Source: Trichomonas gallinae
Taxonomy: Eukaryota
Assembly: GCA_008369845.1 (NCBI GenBank)
Contig: MRSU01009997.1
Location: 1-54,894, forward strand
DNA length: 54,894 nt
Reading direction: 5' to 3'
The notes below the pieces were generated by a model that was not told the origin of the DNA, did no database searches, and was given only the letters and a program-made list of their open reading frames with translations. Shown piece after piece: positions 11,399 to 21,100 of the stretch (positions within the stretch are counted from its first letter, which is position 1; the number at the start of each line of letters is the position of its first letter). The position numbers and the translations under genes are program-made.

Positions 11399-11849
11399 AT
11401 GAATCATTTGAGGTCATGAGATTTATGTGAATGGTTTTTTATAGCGAAGCTAAATGTTTAACAGTAGAATTCACTTGATATAATTCAAATTATTTAGACG
11501 AAAATCAAACTTGACTCTTAATTGAACAAATTCTTAGATATCTTATGCATACCGTCTTCAATATGCGTATATCATACATGAAAAGTTTAACACAACATCC
11601 GAGAGCCATTCAAAAATTTAATTAAGAATATTTATGATATGCTGACAATAGTTGTAACCTCCATATTTGCAAAGTAATGTTAAGTAGGAGACTAATTGCA
11701 TTCAACTGATAATGAAGCTCATGAATTTCCATAAATTTATCTCCAAGTAAACTTTTGTATTGCTTATTTTCTTACGAATTATTGCCAATGTGACAACATT
11801 CTTCCTACTTATTCCTTGGATAACAAATAATCTCGAGAAAATGAATTAA
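11399..11849 (+). pseudogene. Possible decayed gene fragment
   Basis: ATG at 11399 follows Inr-like TCATTT sites. Interrupted coding-like stretches occur in different frames (LLIEQILRYLMHTVF, LIKNIYDMLTIV, LLIFLRIIANVTTFF). Confidence 0.3.
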
Positions 11850-11885
11850 AAATAATGAGTTACTCTAAAAATAATCTATATAACT

Positions 11886-13235
11886 TTATTTTTTGCCTTT
11901 CTTGTGGCGCTTGAATGAGTCCTCGCCTGGCAACTTTTGCGGGACTTCTTCTTCTATATCGAGCATAGCCTTCATCCTCTTTTCGGCAGCTATTTCTGCT
12001 CTCTTCTCCTTTTCTTCTTCTTCGCGCCTCTTTTCAGCTTCTACTTCCTCCTCATACTGGGCGACACTTTTCTGGGCCTGCTGCTTGAGGTTATCTGGGA
12101 TTGTCATGTACTGGACGAGGCCTGGAGAGTGTTTCTCCATCTTCTTCATGATGCGCTTCTCATCTGGAGTAACAACGAGGGAGATAGCTGTGCCTTTCTT
12201 GCCTGCACGGCCTGTTCTACCTGTTCTATGGATATAGCGCTCGAGTTCGTTTGGAATTGTGAAATTAATAACATATTCTATGTCTGGGATATCAATACCT
12301 CTAGCAGCGAGATCTGATGCAAGGAGGTACTGAACTTGTGATGTTCTGAACTGTTCAATTGCTTCATTACGGGCAGTTTGAGAAAGATCTGCGTGAAGCT
12401 CAGCAGATTTGATGCCAATGTTCTTGAAAAGAAGGAAGATGTGGTGAGCAAGAGCTTTTGTTGGGAAGAAAACTAATGTTTTATCTTTGCACATATTCTT
12501 GCAGAGAGCGACAAGATAAGGAAGGCGACGCTCCTCCTTCTTTGTCTTGATGAACATCTGAGTAATATTCGGGTTTAATTCCATATATGGGTTGATTGTG
12601 ATTTTTTCTGTTGACTTCTTTTGTATTTTAGTGGCTAATTTAGCAACTTGATCGTTGAGTGTAGCTGTAAATAGAAGTGTTTGATGTTTTTCTGGGAGCT
12701 GGCTCACGATTGTGTTGAGTTGAGATTCGAATCCTTTCCCAAGCAATCTATCGGCTTCATCGAGGACGAAAAACTGTAAATGATCGAGTTTTAATACTTT
12801 TGCATTAAAAATGGAGTCAATAAAACGGCCTGGTGTACCGATAATGATATCGGGTGCTGGTGTGAGAAGCTCTCTCTGTTCTTCATCAGAAACACCACCA
12901 ATAACGAGTGTTGATGTGATTGCACAGTGAGTAGCAAGCATATCACAAACATTCTTTAATTGCTGGGCAAGTTCTCTTGTGGGGCTCATTATAAGAGCCT
13001 TTGGACCTGGAAGACCTCTGAAAGTGAGCAATTTCTGAACTATTGGAATGAGAAAAGCCATGGATTTACCTGAACCTGTTATAGCTGTTGCGCAAATATC
13101 TTGTCCAGTGATGATTTTTGGAATAGTTTCAGCCTGAACTTTTGTTGGGTTCGTGAAATTGTTTTCATTTAATGCACGAATGATTGGTTTTGCAAGCTTG
13201 AGATCAAGGAAACTGATGATTTTGTCTTCCGCCAT
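11886..13235 (-). CDS. DRS1: DEAD-box RNA helicase, Drs1/DDX27-like (60S biogenesis)
   Basis: Contains the Q motif, GQDICATAITGSGKS, PTRELA, TPGR, DEAD, TAT, ARGID and HRTGRTGRAG. The DICAxAxTGxGK form is typical of DDX27/Drs1. First ATG is at 13235, whereas the track starts at a GTG. Confidence 0.8.
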   Translation of the reverse strand: MAEDKIISFLDLKLAKPIIRALNENNFTNPTKVQAETIPKIITGQDICATAITGSGKSMAFLIPIVQKLLTFRGLPGPKALIMSPTRELAQQLKNVCDMLATHCAITSTLVIGGVSDEEQRELLTPAPDIIIGTPGRFIDSIFNAKVLKLDHLQFFVLDEADRLLGKGFESQLNTIVSQLPEKHQTLLFTATLNDQVAKLATKIQKKSTEKITINPYMELNPNITQMFIKTKKEERRLPYLVALCKNMCKDKTLVFFPTKALAHHIFLLFKNIGIKSAELHADLSQTARNEAIEQFRTSQVQYLLASDLAARGIDIPDIEYVINFTIPNELERYIHRTGRTGRAGKKGTAISLVVTPDEKRIMKKMEKHSPGLVQYMTIPDNLKQQAQKSVAQYEEEVEAEKRREEEEKEKRAEIAAEKRMKAMLDIEEEVPQKLPGEDSFKRHKKGKK

Positions 13236-13509
13236 TATTGTCACTTTTATAGAGATTTTAAACTCGTCACTTTTTATTTAAAAAATATGCAGTACTTGAA
13301 CCCGCAAACTTTGTAAAATAATAGGTGTAACCCCCTCCTAAATGGGGAGGTGATTTGTATTAGAAATAACAGCATATTTTGAGGGCAAGACTCAATCTCA
13401 ATAATATATAACAGTTGCTACATGTAATTGTGCTGTACACACTCCATTAAAAGTTAGCATTACCTTATATAATCTATTTTTTAAAAAATAAAAAGAATAA
13501 AACTGCCTT

Positions 13510-13572
13510 GCATCAGTATCGTGCAAGTATACATGTATCTCTAAGATACCTATTATTGTACAGTGCTGATGT
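13510..13572 (+). other. 63-nt imperfect hairpin, candidate structured ncRNA
   Basis: 13510-13526 pairs with 13556-13572 at 16 of 17 positions (4 G-U). Apical stem GTATCT/AGATAC. Confidence 0.4.
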
Positions 13573-13882
13573 TATCTCAAAGAAATATCTGACATGTAAA
13601 GTTTACAAACGATTTCCCAAAATGGCATAATTCTCCAACATCATTATCTAGAATAACCAAAAAGAGATTGAACTATTCTATCTATCATTATGGTAGTATA
13701 CTACTTCATATTGTTTCCTAGATAAAATAAATTTGATGCTATTAATAGATTGTTGAAAATAATGGATTATGAAAAAATGAGCATTTTTTGAAGTTATTTG
13801 GGGTCTAAAGTCTTTATTAAGGGTCGAATAAATTTTTCGGTGAATTTTTTGGATCTGAAAAACTTCTTCATTTTTAATAAAA

Positions 13883-14383
13883 ATGGCTGAAAGAAGATAC
13901 GTTAAACTTCAAAACCAGGACCCAATGGATGGACGCGCCGGACAGATGCCAGCACATATACTTCCAGAGCCGAATCCGACTGTTGAGCTCGTAAAAAGAA
14001 TTCTTCATACAGTTCTCGTTGTTGGATTGTTCTTAATTGTCTGCAAGGCAACTCATTTTCGTCAAAAAATGTTGTATGACGCACGAATTAACCGTGGTTT
14101 CTTATACACGTTCTACTTTTTAATTGGAATGGTTTTCGTTCTTTACTTTTACTTGTCACTGACATTGCGCTGGCTTCGCCCACGAAATAAACGCATTCCA
14201 GTTGATAACTGGGACAAGCATCAGCCAATTCCATTTTATACAGCTGTTGTTTGCCTCGTTTTATCTGTTATCAGCTTCATTTTTGCTTTATGGCCAGCAT
14301 TTTCACTTGCTACATTGGCAATTGGCCTTCTTGGCTTCACATCGGTAATTTTTGTTTTGCAATGGGTTCCATTTGATATTTAA
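13883..14383 (+). CDS. Four-pass membrane protein, TMEM128-like
   Basis: Four hydrophobic segments. WDKHQPIP...FIFALWPAFS resembles TMEM128 (YDVKYPALIP...NIALWHVWS). Inr TCATTT at 13868 and AAAATG start. Confidence 0.6.
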   Translation: MAERRYVKLQNQDPMDGRAGQMPAHILPEPNPTVELVKRILHTVLVVGLFLIVCKATHFRQKMLYDARINRGFLYTFYFLIGMVFVLYFYLSLTLRWLRPRNKRIPVDNWDKHQPIPFYTAVVCLVLSVISFIFALWPAFSLATLAIGLLGFTSVIFVLQWVPFDI

Positions 14384-14494
14384 GCAACATAATACTCACA
14401 AATCTCAAAATTACTTGATTTTTAGTGATGATTATATTTCTAATATTAATATGTTATATTTGATAAAATTATTTCTATAATATAAATAATATAG

Positions 14495-15979
14495 TTAGTT
14501 TACATCTGCAATAGCATCTAAAAACCTCTTTGCTGCAGTTTTCAGCTGCTGATCAACAAGAAGAGTCTTAACATATTCATCTAATCTCTTTCTCTTAAAA
14601 GCGAGTGCGCATTTCTTATATACGCAAAGCTCTGCAGCAACAAGTATTGCTACTTCGGCTAATTCATCATGCTCATTGATTAAATCATTCACCATATCAC
14701 ACATTTTCATGAATTCGCGCGAATATGCGATTCTTGATATTGTATCTAGCATAAGAAGGGCTGAGTGTTTTGATGTCGTAGTATTCAAATCAGTCGCCAT
14801 AGCGAAAAATGCCCTGAGGAATCCACTGTCGGAAAAGTTTGCAATTATCTGCTCATTAAGCTCAATTCTCCTAACAATTGTGCAAATCATTGACAATGAG
14901 TTTCCATTTTCTTGATTTGTAATCATTTTCAGGAATTCAAGGAAATCTGACGAATCTGCAATAATCTGCCTCAATTCTTTGATCTTGAAAACAGATAAGA
15001 ACAGTCTTAATGTTTCAATTGGTGTTGGGAGCTCTTTGCCAAGCCAAAGCTTAGTGTTTTCGACTAAAAATTCAGCGTAAATTGGATCTGTTGAAGCTTT
15101 CATGAGAACCATTGTAGCTTTGTCGTCACGCTCTGCGAGAGAACATAGTGTCTGCAATAACTGTCTATCACAAGCCTCGTTTCCGTTAAGAGGAACTGAA
15201 ATTAACAAAGATAAAACTGGTCTTTGCAGTTCTTTGACACGTAAGTGAGCTCTGATCTGATCAATAGGTAGATCTCCTGCTGAATATACTTTTGAAATAT
15301 TGCATAAGCCGCAATATACCATCTTTAGAGTTAGAATATCTGTTTCGTTGAGAAGGGCGCAAATCTTTCTCCAACAGTGCTCAGCACGTCCCTGGCAGTA
15401 GTCTTCATACTTTAGACATAGTGTAGTTAAAAGAGAAACGTAATTTGATGCTAATTCTGGTCCAACGAATCTTTGAGACTCTTGAATTAAAAGATCAACC
15501 ATTGGCCATGGATTGTCAACATCAGCAAACTTCAGAGCATAGATGGCAAGCAACGTAAGTGATTTTTTAGGGTTTCTTTTAATTAACGGTGCGAAAAGTT
15601 TTGTTATTCTGCTGTCATCAAAGCAGTGCGGGCCAAGAGAGACCAAAACGTAGAGAATTTCGAATACTGCATCTTGAAAAGCGCGCTGCCTGTATGGTAA
15701 AACGAGGGCGAAGTTTTCCTTGATGAATGTATCGAGATGTCTGTCATTGCATAACACTTTCGCTATTGTCATAAGTATTAAATTGCCTGTTTCTTCGTCA
15801 ATTGACTGTTGGAAATATCCCAACAAAATTTCGAAAAATTCGCGTGCTTGCGAGAAATGGAGAGTCTCAGGTGCAACTTCAAGTTCCTCGTAGAAACCGT
15901 CGACATTCGGCACCTTTAGTATTTCAAGGTTAGTAGAATCCTCAAGATTTGACAAAAGATTTTTAACAAAAAGTGACAT
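14495..15979 (-). CDS. ARM/HEAT-repeat protein (494 aa)
   Basis: Long Leu-rich amphipathic helical ORF with no specific motif. Confidence 0.8.
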   Translation of the reverse strand: MSLFVKNLLSNLEDSTNLEILKVPNVDGFYEELEVAPETLHFSQAREFFEILLGYFQQSIDEETGNLILMTIAKVLCNDRHLDTFIKENFALVLPYRQRAFQDAVFEILYVLVSLGPHCFDDSRITKLFAPLIKRNPKKSLTLLAIYALKFADVDNPWPMVDLLIQESQRFVGPELASNYVSLLTTLCLKYEDYCQGRAEHCWRKICALLNETDILTLKMVYCGLCNISKVYSAGDLPIDQIRAHLRVKELQRPVLSLLISVPLNGNEACDRQLLQTLCSLAERDDKATMVLMKASTDPIYAEFLVENTKLWLGKELPTPIETLRLFLSVFKIKELRQIIADSSDFLEFLKMITNQENGNSLSMICTIVRRIELNEQIIANFSDSGFLRAFFAMATDLNTTTSKHSALLMLDTISRIAYSREFMKMCDMVNDLINEHDELAEVAILVAAELCVYKKCALAFKRKRLDEYVKTLLVDQQLKTAAKRFLDAIADVN

Positions 15980-16560
15980 TAAACATCTTACGTTAAGAAT
16001 TCGACTTCAAAATTACTGGGCATTTCAATCATATACATTATAGATAGTCCAATGCAAGTCTTTTTCGCTAATTAAATGTTCTTCAAATACAATCTTTTTC
16101 ATATTTTTTTGGTAATGATATGCCATTTCTTGAAGATATATAGAGAAACTTATGAGGAATAGTTCCATGCATGTTTTTAAATTTATCTATTTAAATGATT
16201 ATACTTCAAAAACTCGAATATAAATAGAATGAAAATCATATGAATAAGATTTAGCTTCTCTTTTCCTAATAGAGTATATAGTGCACTATAATATTTACCT
16301 ACTAGATTAGTTCATTTCAAATCACCATGGTGAATTTTTTGACAATCATGTGTATGAACCTTTTTAATGAATTGAAGTCCGTTAATTGATGTAATGTTCT
16401 ATCTGTCAAATATGGAATTCTGCTACTGTAGGTCATTGGAAATATAAAATATATCGATCTAGTGAAGAAATCGTCATGATATATTTTTTGTCAAAGGTTT
16501 TTAATTTACATGTCAAAAACAAAAATAATTTACATGTCAAAATTCGTTAAAAGTGACAAA

Positions 16561-17808
16561 ATGGAGGAGCCGGAAAACTTTCCTCTTATAGCAACGAAAC
16601 TTGGGGTGAAAGAGTCGGTTCTCAGGTCGCTTTTTGAGCTTGCTCCATACACAGATACGGCTAGTTGGATTGTTTCTACAGATAGCAATGAAGAATTCTG
16701 GGAAAGAGTGAATACTCTCCCTCCTCTCGTTGTTTTGGAACTCCATAAACAAGAAATGCTGGTGGAATCCACTAGTAAAGACTTTCCAAAGAGTTCTATT
16801 GAACCTTTTATTTTCAAATATTTTCAAGCAAATTGCATTTCGAGCAGTACAGAACCAATTCCAGCAAATCCGATAGCAATTCCACTTACAACCCCAGAAA
16901 TGATCGTAGAAATTCTCCAAAACTCAAAAGGTTGGTCATTTGATGAAGAAGAAAAGCTTTGGAACTGTTCTGACATTCTTTTCGATGTAGAGGCTTTACA
17001 ATACATGTGCGATGCATATATTGGAAATGGAAATACATGGAGAAACTGCCCATTCGACTCAATTCGAAACGAATACACAAGAATCGCTCAATATTTAGAA
17101 CAAATCGATCCTTCGTTCTCTCCAGCTCTTTCCATGATATGGAGAAAACTTAGGCAATTCAAATACAGCAATTCACGTGAATTTACACGAGATTTGGCTT
17201 TATTACTTCCTCGATCCGATCTAAAAGATTTTGACTCATTTGAAATACCACCAGCGATTGTTAAATCTCTCAGTCAACTGATGATTGACGCTGAGGCTAT
17301 GGTTCGCCAGACTCCAACTCCATCTCCTCATCCACCAATCGATGACATAATAATCTCACGAGCTGACGCTTTATCATCGCAGATGGCTCTTCCTTTCCCA
17401 CAAAGAACTGCGTTTGCACTAACTCCTTCGATGATTAGCGCAAGACTCGGAACCACAGTCGAAACTGGCCAATACGAAAAAGGTTCGCTCGCAGAACTCT
17501 TATTCTGTGACTCTGAAGGTAATCCTCTGCCTCTTCCGTATCAAAATTGCAGCGTTGATCTTCCATCTGCTCCACCATCTACTTTTACACAAGTTGCAAC
17601 GAGAAGGTTTGTTTCACTAGTGATCAGTGATACAGGATTCAGCTCGGCGCCCCAGTCAGTTATTGATATTATGACCGATTTATCGGAAAACATTGTTAGA
17701 AGCATTTCTCAGCTTGCAAGGAGGAAGGCTAAGAATACTGAATTATCTCAAAAGGATATTGTTAGATTATCATTATTAGATTTAGGTTTCATGCCGAATA
17801 TTTCTTAA
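16561..17808 (+). CDS. Spt7-like SAGA subunit with bromodomain remnant and C-terminal bromodomain-associated histone fold
   Basis: C-terminal RRFVSLVISDTGFSSAPQSVIDIMTDL fits the BTP histone fold. Central LSMIWRKLRQFKYSNSREFTRDLALL resembles bromodomain helices A-B. ATG 16561 follows AAAGTGACAAA; the upstream ATGs lie inside promoter motifs. Confidence 0.6.
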   Translation: MEEPENFPLIATKLGVKESVLRSLFELAPYTDTASWIVSTDSNEEFWERVNTLPPLVVLELHKQEMLVESTSKDFPKSSIEPFIFKYFQANCISSSTEPIPANPIAIPLTTPEMIVEILQNSKGWSFDEEEKLWNCSDILFDVEALQYMCDAYIGNGNTWRNCPFDSIRNEYTRIAQYLEQIDPSFSPALSMIWRKLRQFKYSNSREFTRDLALLLPRSDLKDFDSFEIPPAIVKSLSQLMIDAEAMVRQTPTPSPHPPIDDIIISRADALSSQMALPFPQRTAFALTPSMISARLGTTVETGQYEKGSLAELLFCDSEGNPLPLPYQNCSVDLPSAPPSTFTQVATRRFVSLVISDTGFSSAPQSVIDIMTDLSENIVRSISQLARRKAKNTELSQKDIVRLSLLDLGFMPNIS

Positions 17809-17961
17809 TAAAGTGTTTATTGATATGCTATACATAAATTAAATGAAGATTGTAGACTCAATTCATAATGAAAAAACAAAAATTCAACATATCTCGAAAA
17901 ACTGCAATATTTTCATTTGTCTACATCAATAGCGCGTGGAATAAATTCTTTGGATTTGATT

Positions 17962-18101
17962 GACTTTACATGACAAAAAGAATTTTACATAGCAAAAATC
18001 AATTTGATTTGAATGGAAAATAATCGTTGACTTAGACTTTACAGGACAGAAAATTATTTTACATGACAAAAATAAATTTGATTGAATGAAAAATAATCGT
18101 T
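17962..18101 (+). repeat. Direct duplication of about 67 bp in the SMC4 promoter
   Basis: Copies at 17962-18028 and 18035-18101, both of the form GACTTTACA...TAATCGTT, with several substitutions. Confidence 0.85.
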
Positions 18102-18140
18102 TTCATCGAGGAATTTATAAACGGTAACAATAAAAGCAAA

Positions 18141-21100
18141 ATGAGTGAAACAGAGGAAAGACTTATTATCAAGAGCATTCTTGTCGAAAACTTTAAGAGT
18201 TACGCTGGTGTGAAAGAAATAGGTCCATTCCATCCTAGTTTTACAAGTATTGTAGGTCCAAACGGATCCGGAAAATCAAATGTCATTGATGCAATGCTTT
18301 TTGTCTTTGGTTACAAAGCTCGTCACATGAGACAAAATGTTTTAAAGGATTTAATCCACAAAAGTACGAAATTTCCAAATTTAACGAAAGCATCAGTTAA
18401 AGTTATTTTCGCAAAATTCATTGGCGAAGAAGAAGTCCCAAATTCGGAATTCTCGATTGGACGCGATGTTAGAACAAACGCAGCTTCAAATTATTATTGG
18501 AATGATAGACCTTCATCATATACAGAAATCACCACATTTTTAAAGAATGTTGGCATCGATCTTGACCACAATCGTTTCCTTATTCTTCAAGGAGAAGTTG
18601 GTTCAATTGCCCAAATGAAACCAAAAGCAACAAGCGCAAGCTCTGTTGGCTTGCTTGACTACATCGAAGATGTCATAGGCACAAGCGAATACGTAACTCC
18701 AATCCAAAACAAAGAAAAAGAAATTGCTCAAATAAATATCACAAGAGATGAAGCAATTGGCAGAATGAAGCACGCAAAAGCCGAAAGAGACGCTTTAGAA
18801 GACTCAAAGAACGAAGCTGAGCAGTATCTCGATTGGCAAAACACAATCAAGATTCTCCATGCTGCACAAATCAACAACAAGAAAGGAGGACTGACCATGA
18901 AGATCACAGAGGATCAGAAGAATGTTAAAGAAGCTACGGAAGCTCACGCAAAGCTCGTTGACTCCCACAAAGAAGAAAGAACGAAATACGAAACAAAAAG
19001 TCAAGAGAAAAGTGTACTAGAGAAAACTCTCGAACGACAAAAAGCAGAGGCAAATGATGCCAGCAAGAAAGTGAGGGAAGCAAAGAACGCAAATGCAGAA
19101 CTCGAATTATCCAACAAAACACTGAATAACATCAAAGATCAGCTCGAAAAAGAAAGGACAAAACTCACAAAAGATATGACTGAATCTACGAGAACAATCG
19201 AGAGTTTGTCGCATTCTATCGAAACAGCAGAGAAAGACGTCAAAGAGAAAGAATCTGAATACAACAAAGCAAAGGAAGAAATGGAGAAAATGTACCAAAA
19301 CACTAAAGATGAAACATCACAGCTCCAAATCAAGCTGACAATGGCTCAAACAGAGTTATCAGACAAAAACGCTGATGAAACAGCAATTTCGTCCAAAGTC
19401 GCATCATACCAAGACGAAATCAAGTCAATCAGGCACAGCGTTGACGAGGCAATAAGAGTTAACGAAGAACTCCAGAAAGACCTCGAGAAGGCAAAGAGTG
19501 ATTTAATCGACAGGGAAAGAGAAGAGAAGGAACTAAGCAACAGAGCAGAATTCGAAGAAAAAGAAATCCAAAGATTGACGGAAATTCTTGCCGAAAAGCG
19601 TCAAGTTTTCGACCAGAAACAGGCAGAAAGGAGAACAGTCTCAATGAGACACGCAGAGCTTGATGGACAGCGCAGACAGAACCAGCAGAAGAACAGACTG
19701 GTCGAAGGTTTAGAGGCCTTTAAGAGGAGAGAGAATGTCCAAGGATACTACGGCAGATTAGGCTCTTTGGCAACAATCGACAAAAAGTATGATGTTGCAA
19801 TTACGTATGCTGCAGGAAGCGGCTTAGATTTCATTGTTGTTGACAATGACGAAACAGGCAAATTATGCCTCGACGAACTGAAGGCGAAAAACTTGGGAAG
19901 AACAACATTCATCTTGCTCAATAAGATTCGCAAAGTCAACAATAATTTCCAAGCGCCACCAGGATCAGAAAGACTTATAGATTTGTGCACTGTCAAAGAT
20001 CCATCTATGAAGGACGACATAATGAATGCTTTGTACCATGTTTTAAGAGATACATTAGTCACAGACACAATCGAGAGAGCCAAAGAAATCGGCTATGGCC
20101 AGAGACAGAGAGTTGTCACATTAAGTGGTGATTTGATCGAGCCAGCTGGTACAATGACAGGTGGTGGCCGCAGCAAACCGAGGAGCGGCGGTATGGATAC
20201 TTTCGACGAACAAGAAGTTCAGAGACTCGCCACACAATTATCTGGATTGGATAATGAATGCTCGCAGCATAGAAGAGAAATAGACCAAATTCAAGCACAG
20301 CTGAGAACATTGAATCCGGAAGCAGCTCGTGTTGCATACGAAAAGGCAGTCATGGGTCTTAATTCAACTAAAGACGCAATCCAGACAATAGAGGAAAGAC
20401 TGAGAACAGCTGTGAAACCAGAAATGTCCGAAAGCGATAACAACAGAATTGCTGAACTCGAAGAAAACATTAATCAGCTGCTTCCTCAATTAGCCGATGC
20501 CAAGTCAGCTGCGATTGCTGCAAAGAAGATTGTCGATGAGTTGCAATCGAAAATCAAAGACGTCGGAGGCATTGAGCTCAAAGCACAAAAAGTCAAAGTT
20601 CAGAGTTTCAGAGATTCTCTCTCCACACTCAACAAGCGCATCGCTGAAGACAAGCAGAAAGTCAGCAGCTTGACAAGACAGAATGAAAAAGCTGAGAAGA
20701 GAATCAACGACATCAAGCGAGAACAGGAAGAAAATGCTTCAAAGATTGCAGAGCTTGCTCCAAAGCTTGCAGAATCCGAGAGAAAATTTAGTGAAGCTCA
20801 AGAGAAGTACAATGCTCTCGCCAAGGAAGCATCATCTACAGAAGATCATTTGGAAGTCATAAAAGAGGAACTACAGAAACTCAAAGAAGAATTAGACGAA
20901 GCTAGCTCAGAACTCGAAGAATCAGAAAAAGTCGTCAAAGACGCAGAAGCTGAACTCGAAGCAGATCAAGCTTTACTTGAGAGATTAATAAAGAAGCTGA
21001 CCGAGTTCAATGTTCCAGAAGAGTCATTAAGAGAGTGGGAAGAAAGAGATGAAAATGAAATAGAAATAGAAATCGCTGCATATGAAGATAAAGTGAGAAA

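Noticed and set aside
16277..16333. Palindromes TATAGTGCACTATA and TCACCATGGTGA
   Set aside because: Short and plausible by chance in 55 kb of AT-rich DNA.
16510..16560. N-terminal extension MSKTKIIYMSKFVKSDK
   Set aside because: Both ATGs lie inside TTTACATGTCA promoter motifs, and ATG 16561 has the better context.
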